IMG/VR virus record: IMGVR_UViG_3300030372_001002
Location: 1-44,118 of that record
Origin: a virus
Taxonomy: Duplodnaviria; Caudoviricetes
Reading direction: 5' to 3' (one strand)
DNA: 44,118 nucleotides
The notes below the pieces were generated by a model. That model was not told where the DNA came from and did no database searches. It was given only the letters and a program-made list of their open reading frames with translations. The position numbers and the translations under genes are program-made. The first letter of the stretch is position 1. The number at the start of each line of letters is the position of its first letter. Positions 29,901 through 39,084 of this stretch are shown piece after piece.

Positions 29901-32900
29901 ATACTGATGATACATCTTGAATTTTGTTTTTTAGATGTAAATGAATGAGAAGTACCTACACCAACAGCAGTGATGTCTATGAAGGTAGGATTGGTTTTAA
30001 GAGCATTCTCAGCACTTGTTGCTAGTTGTAATGTTTTATCATCTTTTTTGATAGCAAAGACTGTAGAAGGTAATTTATCTGTAACTCCAACACCTGGAAT
30101 AGATTGAGATGTAATCTCAATAGCAGATGTAGTTCCAGCTCCAGTAAATCTATATTCTAATTCTTCACCAGTAACAAAGAAATGATTTGGAATTATCACA
30201 CTATCTGTAATAGTGCTAACAACAGTAGATGCTCCTCCTACAAAGTCTCTTTTAAATATTGGTAATTGTTTGTGTTTGAGTTCAAATTGTCTCTTAACAT
30301 CAGTTTCAGTTGCAGTATAAGCACCTGATCCTGTATTAACACTAGCATTAGTAAATCCTATTTCTTGATTAGCATTAGCATCATCAACTAATCTTAGAGA
30401 ATTTTGTAATACTCTAACTTGTACATCTGCACTTGCTAAAGGTTTAAATCCTAGATGTGTGAAATCACCATTAATGTTAATAGAGAAATCACCTAAATTA
30501 CCACCAGTCTGAACAATACCATATTCAGTTAGGTTTCCATTTGTTCCATCATCCACCACTAGTATCTCAGATACTTGATACTGACTATTGCTTAAATCTT
30601 CTATGCTTACAATATAATATGCAGCAGCAAAGGTTTCAGTTTCATATTTTGCCACAGTAGTAATACCAGGAGAACCACTAGATGAAATAGTGGTGAGTCT
30701 GCTATCTAATGTTCCAGTGTTTAATGCATCAGTTCCCACACCTGCAGATAATGAATTACCAATGCTAACTTGTATACTATTAGCTATAAAAGTGGTAGCT
30801 GTGCTTACTGTAGGATGAAGATCAACAAAAATATGAGAACCTGAATAGTATGCACTATAAGTTCCTAATCCAGGAGTTCCTGCAGGACTACCTAAATTAT
30901 CAGTATTTAATTGACCATACTCTAATAATTCTACATCAGAACCATTGTGCAATATGGTTAACTCTTCTGTCTCAAAGTAAGATGAATCACTAGAGGCATA
31001 GGAAACTAATACCTTAGAAGATCTGTAAGTTGATGCAATACCTACAACAGTGGCAGAAGTGCTAATACCTGCTTCTATTAAGTGACTCTCACTGGCAATT
31101 TTTACAATACTACCAAAATCAGTAGATCCTATTCCAGCAGTGGAATCTCCTACATTATAAGCAAGCACAGATACATCATAATTATTAAATGAGAATTTTT
31201 TAGGGAAGAATTGAAGTTGACCATTACTACCAGATTGTGTCATATCAAATGAACCTAAGTCCTTCTGAGTAAACACTGATCCATATTGATTCAAGAATAA
31301 ATTACCAGAATCATCATGAAGTGCATTTACAATCATGGCTTGTCTTTCACCAGTAAATCTTTTATCTCTTACATAGATAATTGATTTCCTATCTCTTGAT
31401 CCAGATAATGTAAATGTATCAACAGCAACAAAAGGATCTGTTCTTGCATTATCATTAAAGTCTTGACTGATATCGTCAATTGATAATACTCTGTTACCAA
31501 CAGATTCTGTATAATCTTTAAGATCTCTAGAACTAAAAACTATTTCATCTGATAATACAGAATTATCAATATTTTCAGTTTTTTCTCTTGCTAAATCAAA
31601 ATCAAATACAGTGTTAATGCTAATTGGTTCTACTAGATCAGTTTGAACATCAAAACTACTTCCATCTTGAGCAGTTGATAATCCTACAGAAGTTTCACTT
31701 CTTAGTATTAAATCACTAAACTTTTTAAATCCTGCAGTGTGATTTAAAGAAGATACCACCTCTTTCCACTTTTCAAATTCACATTCTGATTTTAATGAAT
31801 ATGAGAAGTATTGATAGTAATCACTATCAAATAATCTTTGTTCATTATTATTTAAGAATCCAAAATTATCTTTCCAACCCTCATTCTTTATTGAAAATGA
31901 TTCTATATTATAAAGAGATTTGTATGAAATATGTTCAATTACTGTAGCTTTAGTTCCTGAAGATTGTCCAACAACAATATCTCCTACTTTAAAGTCTCCA
32001 GATGATGAAACTTTCAAGAATCCATTGAAATCATTTCTTGATTGTAAGATACCAACTGCTGTATCAGATTCTAAAGTTTCTCCAATATCAAATTCATTAC
32101 CTTTTAAAGTGGTGCTAAATGTGGGGAAATCTTCTTCTCTAATAATCCTACCAATAGAAGACTCATTAAAAGTTCCAGCTATATCACCATCAGGAATAAC
32201 ACCAGATAAACTATAGGTTATACTTCCTAAAGTTCCACCAATGTTAGGATCAGTAGCTAATATTTCAAACAACTTATATTCATAGTTTGCAGAATTATAT
32301 CCTTTACCAGTGCTTCCTACTCCCACACTGATACCCTCAATCATCACTTTCTTACCAACCTCAAATGGATAATCATCTAAGGAACTGTAACTGACACCAA
32401 TTGATATTGTTACTTTTTGATCAGATTCATTAAAATCTGCAGAAGCAATTTTAATTCCATTAGAGTTTCCAGTGGGAAGAATGGTAGGTTCAACTTGGTT
32501 TAAATTTCTACTATTTTTTAAAATAGTAACATTCTCATCACCCAACTTGTAAGTTAAATCTATATCACTAATAGTTTTTTTAGTAACTCCATCCAACACC
32601 ACTAAACCAGGTGCATTTAAATAATCATTTCCAGTGGAAGTAATGCCAATATTCTCAAGAGAGAAGAAACTATTAATTTTAATTAATTGAGGAATTTGAG
32701 CTTCTGGTTTAAGAGTTCTGTCTGCAGAATAATCAAATCCAATATCTTGAACGTCTATGTTTGATATTCTTCCTATAGAAAAACTATCTGGTTCTAAAAT
32801 TGCATCATCACCTAGATCTGATACTATTGTGCTAATTCCTGGTAAAGATCTATACTCTCTACCTGAATTTATTAATTTAATATCACTTATAGGTCCATAA

Positions 32901-35900
32901 GAATGATAACTAAAAGAATCATATGACAACTCACCATCAGTATTTGAAAATTCTAATTTTTTAGGTGCTCTTTTAACTGCTATATTAAAAGTGGTAGAGG
33001 CAGCACTCACAACTGCATGAGTTCCATTCAATTCATTATCTCTCAAAACCAACTTACTAGGACAAGTAATATTTAAATTATCTCTAATAATTTCTCTCTT
33101 AACATTACTATTCAGTTCTAAATTGACAGGAACTAAATTATAATATAGATTTTGAGTAATTTCTTTTATATTTTTAATAGTGAGTTTTGCAGTGGCATCA
33201 ACTCCAATAGTTCCAACTTTACTTACATTGAAATCATCAGTCTCTTGTGATGTATGAAAAACATTTGTTAAATCCTTATCAGTGTAAAGGACAAAATCAA
33301 AAGCAGCGTATTGCACTTCATTACTTAAGAAAGATAAAGAAGAATCTGATAAATCAAAATCAACTTGTTGATTTCTCTCTATGATTATTTCAGGGTTTAC
33401 TGCAGATATAGTTCCAGATTGAGCACTTGTTATATTAATTACTTTAGGATGTTTCTCTACAGACTCATGATATTGATTTGATAATTTTATGGTATTTTCA
33501 TCTACTATAAACACATAATATATTTGATTATTTGCTAATCCACCAGATGGTGTGGTTGCAGTGTAAATAACCTTTTGTCCACTAACATAATCATGTTTTG
33601 GTATGGTAATGGTGTTGTTTGTGGTATTAACATTTCCTGAAGCAAATGTTCTAGGATTAATTACCAATCTTCTATTAAAGTCATTATATGCCACACTTAC
33701 TGTGGTGGTTATTCCTGGTAGAACTTTTAAATCTATGGCATCATTTGCTAATAATCCATGAGTAGATGATGTGGATACTGTAGCTAAAGATCTTTTTATA
33801 TTTCCACCTAACACATTACTATAGTTAGTTTTAAAACTATGATTCAATCCAGTTCCAATTCCAATAAAGAATAACGTGCTAATATTAGTAGTGCTATTAA
33901 TTCCAGTAAATGAACCAGTAGCTCCTAGACCAACTCTAGCAGTTGATATTCCTATGAGATCACGTGATATAGGAGCAGCAAATAAAGATTGACCCTCTGC
34001 AAGAGTAAACTCCATGGTGCCATCAGTAGATACTCCTAAAGCAGTTCCCCCATTAGTATTGTATGTTAAGGAATCTCCTATAGCAAGTTTATGATTTGGT
34101 AGATAAACAGCTTTGGTAGGAATAAATATTTCAGATATACCTGTGCCAGGATTGGAGAAAAATAAAGTAGATCCAATACCAACCCCAGATACATTGCCTA
34201 GCGCTATGGATTCTTTAGGATTGAAATAAAATTGTCTATTTAATTTAAAATCATTATTACCAACACTTGTAGATCTAAATGCAAATTTTCTAGGTTTATC
34301 TTCTATCAAAGAAGTAGCAGTATGAGCAGATCCTATAGTAGATTGATGATTTCTAAGAACTCTTATTCTTCTTAGATCTTTTTCTACATTCAATACCTTT
34401 ACGCACTCAGTTCCTATTCCTAAAACATCATTAGGTAGAATATTCAATTCATCAAAATTACCATCTATATTAAAATATGTTGTAAGACCAGTAGCACCTG
34501 CAGAACTTATTCCTACATTTAACTTAAATCTACTTGTGGTTATCCCTATGGGAAATACAGAATCATTAACAAATGTTTCTGTGCTCAATCCACTGATAGT
34601 TATAAATTCCTTGAGATTGAAATTATGAGGAACAGTGGTATATCCTATGAATTCATTTGGAGATTTACCCAAAATAAATTCTACATTTGAAAACTCAGTA
34701 TTAGCAATACTAATGTTGCTGATAGTTTTCCCACCAACAGATAATACCTTTGCTTCTGCTCCATATCCACTAGTACCAGAATCATCAAATACTATGACAT
34801 CATTTACTCTATAATTTGATCCTCCTGTTTTTATACCAACAGACTCAACTACTCCAGTAGATGTTTCAGTTATAAAGGTTTTTTGATTTCTAATAGAGTT
34901 TGGATTTACTAAGAAATCATAACTAGTTTTATTTAAAAGGAAGTTATATACTCTAGTATTTCTAATATAATCAGTTTGATTTAAATCAGTATCATCTTGA
35001 TTTGAAAGGAAACTAAAATTATATTCTATTGATTTTGATTTATAAGAATTACCTATAAAATAAGGAAATTCTGGTTTTCTGAAATTCTTAAATACTCCCT
35101 CTGAATCCAAAGCATCAGGGTTAACTGTGGCAAAATATGCATACACTCCATTTGGATATTCTGGTGTTTTGCAGAATCTACCATTATGTTGATCTAAATC
35201 TTTACCTTCCTCAAATATATAATCCTCTACAAAAAATCCATTAGAATATACTTGCTCTCCCTCAACAGTAAGTGGATTTGGTCTTTCTGATGATATTGAA
35301 ATTGAATATCCAGATTCAAGTATAGTAACAGGTCCACCAGAATTATTCTTAAATCCATATGGACCATAGATGGGAGATCCATCATATGACCATCCAATAA
35401 TTGGAGAATGACTGCCAGAAGTATCTTCTTGAGCATTCTTATTTAAAGATAAATCAGGAATAAACAACTCCTTGTCGCCTACAGACTTCTTAGTGAAAAC
35501 AGATTGTCTTAACTTTCTAGGAGCATAAGCATGAGAATACTCTAAACCATACCTATCATTAAAACCAGTGCTAACTACACCATCATCAGATGTAATTTGA
35601 TTATTTTGAATTAATCTTTGAACATTGTTTATAGTCCAAGATTTTATATTTGAATAAAATTTAGCACTCTGTCCATTTGGTGTTACTGATACATTAATAT
35701 TAGATGAAGTGTGTCCTATTCCACTATGAACTACTTTTACAGAATCTATAGATCCTGATTTCATTATTGGAATCAATACAGTGCCAGAACCATCTCCTGA
35801 TACTTTTAATTCTGGAGGTGAATTATATTCAGATCCACCATTTAATACTAATACTTCAGATACTCTTCCAGTTTCACTACTTACAATTGGAAGTAGTTGA

Positions 35901-38900
35901 GCATCTTTACCACTCTTAAGAGCAATATCAGGTTGTCTGTTATAGTTGATAACATCTGCTGAACCATACTCAATTCCACCAGAAGGGACAAATACAGATT
36001 TTACAGATCCCTTTACAATTGGTCTTAAATCTGCTTGAAAGTTTTGTCCACTAAATGTAGATACTCCTATGTTACCATCCACTGTTACTGTTATTGGTGG
36101 GTAGTTAAATTCATGAATTCCAGTTCCACCAGAAAGTAAATTTAAATATTCTTTATTTCTTAAATAATGATTTACTGCAGTAGATCCTACACCTACAGCA
36201 GATAATCTAAATGAATTACCATCAACAATTGAAGCATAGTAATCAGTTTGTGTTGTTAAACCTAAAATTGGTGTTGTGGACTTAGTATTATATCTTATCT
36301 TCTCACCAGTCCTATATCCATGATTTGGAATGTTTATAGTGTTATTTGCAGTATTGATTCCAGATGAAGTTGTAGATGTCAATCTATTTCTATATCCTAT
36401 GCCTGAATTAGCGATAGTTACAGAACTAATGACTCTTTTCTGATTGACAGACTCTAAATTATGAAGACCTGTTCCAAAAGCTGTTAAGTCTATAGGAGAT
36501 AATCCATCAACAGAATCATCATAATTTTTATGCAAAGTTACTGTTGTTGCACTTTTGACACAACAATGATATGCAGCACCAGTAGTAAGTCCAGCTATTG
36601 CAGTTTGACCTTCTGTGTTGTATGTAATTAACTCTCCATCTGCAAATTTATGGAAAGTTGAGAATCCAATTATGTTAGAACTAATGTCTACTAGTCCACC
36701 ATCCTCAGTTGAATCAAATTCTACAGAATGACTTTTTAAAACTAAATTAGGTGTTGCAACACATCCAATTCCATTACCTCCACTTACTTTTAAGGTAGGT
36801 GTGGAAATATAATCAAATCCACCATCAACTACATCAATTCTCTCCAAAGAACCTTGAACTTCGCAATAAGCTGATGCTCCAGAACCAACTGGGTCTGTAA
36901 TAGAAACTATAGGTGGATTTACCACATCATAACCAGATCCTTCAGCAGTAACAGATATATCATTTACCTTACCAAAGTAAACAATATCATTTGACTTATA
37001 ATTAAGTATCTCAACACCATTCACCAATATACCAGTCTTACCTATTGGAGTTGACTCAGATATAGGAGAAACAACTGGTGTATCAATTTTTCTCAATAAA
37101 TTTTGAGCTAATATTGTTTTATTAGAAAAACGTGCTAATTCAAATCTATTATTTGCAACATTACCAGTGAGTCCTATAAAGTTCTCATTTGAAACATTAG
37201 AAAGACTTCTAGCAATTTTAATTGTGTTAATATCTACTTTTTTGATAAAATATTCTTCTTCTAAAATATCTAATTTATTTTCTCCAGTACCTGGTATATA
37301 CTTTACTTTTTCTCCAGTCATCAATCCATGATTAGGGATTATGATATCAGTATTGTTTATAAAATTACCAGAAAAAGTAAGAGTGGTATCTCTAATATCC
37401 AAATCCTCATTTAAGTAATCTGGAATAGATGGTGATGCAATATAGACACAATTATCACCATCTATGTAAGAATTCTGAACATTTGTAGTATAAATGCTAG
37501 ATTCAGGATAATTACTTAAATTTGCTTTAGAAAGTAATCTTTGAATTTTATATGATATTATTTCATTCAATTCTCCAGCACCTTTTATCAATACTTGTTT
37601 AGAACTGATAAGGGAAATAATTGAGCATGGTGTTGTGTTAATAAGAGCACTATCACCCACAACAAAGTCATGAGCATCAAAAAGATTTAATTGATATGTA
37701 AAGTTTGATTTATCTACTAACTCTATGGAGTCTACATCATATGTGGTAGAAATATTTGAGAATAAAGATTTAGAAACAATATCATCAGACTTAGATCCTA
37801 ATCCTCTAGGTTCTATGACATCTCCAATCTCATTATAGGTAGCAGTAGTTAAATTTAAATCTAAATCCTTTAAAACACCTGTTACTCTAAATCTAATCTC
37901 ATCAGCAGTTCCTATGCCAGCATATCCATATGCATAGGCATCCATTTTAAGATCTTGAGTTGAATCTATGGTTCTTTCAACTCCAGAGCATCCAAAAAAC
38001 TGAGTTAATGATTTTGAATCATATTTAATGGTGGTTGAAGTGCCATCATCAAAATTAGCAATTAAAGAACCAGTAGTTCCAAATCCAACAGTAGAATCAA
38101 CAGTTAAAACAGTTGAACCAATAGAAACACCCTCAATCAACTTTGTATTTGGATGAATAGGGAATTCTGCAGATACTACTTGAGAATTTTTATCAAAATC
38201 CAAAGAAAGTCTATAATATGTCTTAGTCCCTCTTACAATAGCCTCTACATCACTTACAGCAGCTGTAACTGAAGCAAACCCATCTACAGGGTCTTGAAAT
38301 ATGTTTCTATTAACAAGATCTGATGGATTACCTAATACTGGTTCAACTACAATTTGTTTAGATACCTTATAGTTAGCTGCAGAGGGTGTAAATAGAAAAT
38401 CACGTGGTTTTAATACTTCTACATCCTTTCCATACAATGCACGAAACAATATCTCAAAAGATTGATCAGTTCCTTTAGAAGAATAGAAATCTTTTGATTG
38501 TTTAATGAATAATCTTTGATCAATACTTGTAGATAATGGTCTTTCCTCAAATCCAGGTATAACTTGTTTTTTTACCTTCTTAAAAAACTCTTGTAAAAAT
38601 CTAATGCTTAAATTATTGACTACAGCATCCTTTGAGTGTTCATCAATGTTAGATTCAGAAAATACAAGCTCATCAGATTTATTAGGACTTCTATATGATG
38701 TAATTCCACTGAATCCTCTAGAACATCCAGTAAATGAAGTAGCAGTTATTCCAGTATAAGTAATAATCTCAGAATCAATCTGAATCAACCCATATGACTC
38801 TGGGAACCCCACAGTAGACTCAACAGGTATGATATCATCAAAAAGTTCTATATCACTAGAAAGGGTTGTAGAATCTATTAGATCTGTTAACTCATCTAAC

Positions 38901-39070
38901 TTTACATAATTGTCAATATTTTGAATTATATCAAGAGGTGAACCTTGATTCTCTATTGCAGTATAATATTGTGATAAAAAATCACCAGCAAGTGGAAAAT
39001 CTGCTCTTATAAAATCTGGCAGTTGATTTTTAACAACTGAACTAATTTTGACTCTTGTATTGTCTGACAT
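26972..39070 (-). CDS. g7: Giant baseplate wedge initiator, gp7-like (4032 aa)
   Basis: Position between g6 and g8; N-terminal VKISSVVKNQLPDFIR..FP...FL.QYY and KDFYSSKGTDQSF.ILFRALYG; DSDYYQYFSYSLKS...HTAGFKKF core; many repeated accessory domains. Confidence 0.88.
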   Translation of the reverse strand: MSDNTRVKISSVVKNQLPDFIRADFPLAGDFLSQYYTAIENQGSPLDIIQNIDNYVKLDELTDLIDSTTLSSDIELFDDIIPVESTVGFPESYGLIQIDSEIITYTGITATSFTGCSRGFSGITSYRSPNKSDELVFSESNIDEHSKDAVVNNLSIRFLQEFFKKVKKQVIPGFEERPLSTSIDQRLFIKQSKDFYSSKGTDQSFEILFRALYGKDVEVLKPRDFLFTPSAANYKVSKQIVVEPVLGNPSDLVNRNIFQDPVDGFASVTAAVSDVEAIVRGTKTYYRLSLDFDKNSQVVSAEFPIHPNTKLIEGVSIGSTVLTVDSTVGFGTTGSLIANFDDGTSTTIKYDSKSLTQFFGCSGVERTIDSTQDLKMDAYAYGYAGIGTADEIRFRVTGVLKDLDLNLTTATYNEIGDVIEPRGLGSKSDDIVSKSLFSNISTTYDVDSIELVDKSNFTYQLNLFDAHDFVVGDSALINTTPCSIISLISSKQVLIKGAGELNEIISYKIQRLLSKANLSNYPESSIYTTNVQNSYIDGDNCVYIASPSIPDYLNEDLDIRDTTLTFSGNFINNTDIIIPNHGLMTGEKVKYIPGTGENKLDILEEEYFIKKVDINTIKIARSLSNVSNENFIGLTGNVANNRFELARFSNKTILAQNLLRKIDTPVVSPISESTPIGKTGILVNGVEILNYKSNDIVYFGKVNDISVTAEGSGYDVVNPPIVSITDPVGSGASAYCEVQGSLERIDVVDGGFDYISTPTLKVSGGNGIGCVATPNLVLKSHSVEFDSTEDGGLVDISSNIIGFSTFHKFADGELITYNTEGQTAIAGLTTGAAYHCCVKSATTVTLHKNYDDSVDGLSPIDLTAFGTGLHNLESVNQKRVISSVTIANSGIGYRNRLTSTTSSGINTANNTINIPNHGYRTGEKIRYNTKSTTPILGLTTQTDYYASIVDGNSFRLSAVGVGSTAVNHYLRNKEYLNLLSGGTGIHEFNYPPITVTVDGNIGVSTFSGQNFQADLRPIVKGSVKSVFVPSGGIEYGSADVINYNRQPDIALKSGKDAQLLPIVSSETGRVSEVLVLNGGSEYNSPPELKVSGDGSGTVLIPIMKSGSIDSVKVVHSGIGHTSSNINVSVTPNGQSAKFYSNIKSWTINNVQRLIQNNQITSDDGVVSTGFNDRYGLEYSHAYAPRKLRQSVFTKKSVGDKELFIPDLSLNKNAQEDTSGSHSPIIGWSYDGSPIYGPYGFKNNSGGPVTILESGYSISISSERPNPLTVEGEQVYSNGFFVEDYIFEEGKDLDQHNGRFCKTPEYPNGVYAYFATVNPDALDSEGVFKNFRKPEFPYFIGNSYKSKSIEYNFSFLSNQDDTDLNQTDYIRNTRVYNFLLNKTSYDFLVNPNSIRNQKTFITETSTGVVESVGIKTGGSNYRVNDVIVFDDSGTSGYGAEAKVLSVGGKTISNISIANTEFSNVEFILGKSPNEFIGYTTVPHNFNLKEFITISGLSTETFVNDSVFPIGITTSRFKLNVGISSAGATGLTTYFNIDGNFDELNILPNDVLGIGTECVKVLNVEKDLRRIRVLRNHQSTIGSAHTATSLIEDKPRKFAFRSTSVGNNDFKLNRQFYFNPKESIALGNVSGVGIGSTLFFSNPGTGISEIFIPTKAVYLPNHKLAIGDSLTYNTNGGTALGVSTDGTMEFTLAEGQSLFAAPISRDLIGISTARVGLGATGSFTGINSTTNISTLFFIGIGTGLNHSFKTNYSNVLGGNIKRSLATVSTSSTHGLLANDAIDLKVLPGITTTVSVAYNDFNRRLVINPRTFASGNVNTTNNTITIPKHDYVSGQKVIYTATTPSGGLANNQIYYVFIVDENTIKLSNQYHESVEKHPKVINITSAQSGTISAVNPEIIIERNQQVDFDLSDSSLSFLSNEVQYAAFDFVLYTDKDLTNVFHTSQETDDFNVSKVGTIGVDATAKLTIKNIKEITQNLYYNLVPVNLELNSNVKREIIRDNLNITCPSKLVLRDNELNGTHAVVSAASTTFNIAVKRAPKKLEFSNTDGELSYDSFSYHSYGPISDIKLINSGREYRSLPGISTIVSDLGDDAILEPDSFSIGRISNIDVQDIGFDYSADRTLKPEAQIPQLIKINSFFSLENIGITSTGNDYLNAPGLVVLDGVTKKTISDIDLTYKLGDENVTILKNSRNLNQVEPTILPTGNSNGIKIASADFNESDQKVTISIGVSYSSLDDYPFEVGKKVMIEGISVGVGSTGKGYNSANYEYKLFEILATDPNIGGTLGSITYSLSGVIPDGDIAGTFNESSIGRIIREEDFPTFSTTLKGNEFDIGETLESDTAVGILQSRNDFNGFLKVSSSGDFKVGDIVVGQSSGTKATVIEHISYKSLYNIESFSIKNEGWKDNFGFLNNNEQRLFDSDYYQYFSYSLKSECEFEKWKEVVSSLNHTAGFKKFSDLILRSETSVGLSTAQDGSSFDVQTDLVEPISINTVFDFDLAREKTENIDNSVLSDEIVFSSRDLKDYTESVGNRVLSIDDISQDFNDNARTDPFVAVDTFTLSGSRDRKSIIYVRDKRFTGERQAMIVNALHDDSGNLFLNQYGSVFTQKDLGSFDMTQSGSNGQLQFFPKKFSFNNYDVSVLAYNVGDSTAGIGSTDFGSIVKIASESHLIEAGISTSATVVGIASTYRSSKVLVSYASSDSSYFETEELTILHNGSDVELLEYGQLNTDNLGSPAGTPGLGTYSAYYSGSHIFVDLHPTVSTATTFIANSIQVSIGNSLSAGVGTDALNTGTLDSRLTTISSSGSPGITTVAKYETETFAAAYYIVSIEDLSNSQYQVSEILVVDDGTNGNLTEYGIVQTGGNLGDFSININGDFTHLGFKPLASADVQVRVLQNSLRLVDDANANQEIGFTNASVNTGSGAYTATETDVKRQFELKHKQLPIFKRDFVGGASTVVSTITDSVIIPNHFFVTGEELEYRFTGAGTTSAIEITSQSIPGVGVTDKLPSTVFAIKKDDKTLQLATSAENALKTNPTFIDITAVGVGTSHSFTSKKQNSRCIISIDNVIQQPIVSTSVTTHLVADVSTTSDTITISGITSITGGDMLKIGNEIVKVDSIGLGATNRLLVTRPWMGTGVSNYSSGDLVTKIDGNYNIVDNEVHFFSAPVGLTPLSSTTNEPDSRDFVGVATHSTFNGRSFMRSGITGSSVEPYSLNYIFDDISHGFSGLSTEFTLQVGGSNVTGFSTSNAIVLVNQIAQGPQRFTGIESKRVSVSGDYTLRESVGITSIQFTGTIASVSYDPNTANVPLGGVVVSVGSTEGFGYQPLVAAGGTAVVSGLGTITSVSIGNSGSGYRSGIQTVVNVGVQTLSTGTPAIEFIGTAAISNGNIVSVAITNPGTGYTTTNPPLVVIDEPLSYTNMPLFYASSSSGIGSEARANIVVGQGSSVIDFEIINEGFGYGEDQVLTIGVGGTVGIPTDSNFSPSRQFEVTVREVGSDSFAAWTIGDLEVLDPLDNLFDGQDTSFPLKLNGTQQTIQSQPGSNVDVEFTILVFINDILQVPGNGYEFKGGSFITFKEAPKKGDTSKILFYKGTASVDTATVDILETIQTGDEVRLHNQDLALEQDLRTVTSINAADNVNTNPYPGPGITTNETFDRPINWHKQIVDKVIDGQSITKDRSHYEPLIYPTTTLIQPVGIASTEAYVENIRIFFDSTKENYGSQDSINIVSQEDASGAAGTALVSAAGSITSIVISDVGIGYTFTPTVSIEQPVGMGTTQVAKAVAIMDGDSVGSITISNIGSGYTVSSPPAVLIEEPKMANRVEKVTSITYSGDYGTIVGFGTTTSGGQNKFMFDLYIPEDSFLRDSAYVGTAVTLSSLSVGDFFLVDESNVGSASTTLRSFNVGGATTIGVGTQFIDNVYQVSDVNTVSVANTAIGISTVGTATTFVTRVFVNIDLFTTDSFDSSILKFDSTNTKFDSNGIGVTFTGNVHNAPFFGTYSWGYLELGSRTQARDFKFYGQDGLTGISTSGFIQRFNPLRDKEYL

Positions 39071-39084
39071 TTTATATTAAAATA

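Noticed and set aside
35227-35436. 69-aa minus-strand ORF nested out of frame in g7
   Set aside because: Leu/Met/Gln-rich frame-shift shadow of the conserved YHYH-like segment; no RBS seen.
16360-39070. Diversity-generating retroelement, invertible tail-fibre cassette, inteins or introns in the giant structural genes
   Set aside because: No reverse transcriptase, recombinase or splice-junction motifs, and no near-identical DNA repeats seen. The repeats are ancient and visible only at protein level. A dot-plot would confirm.
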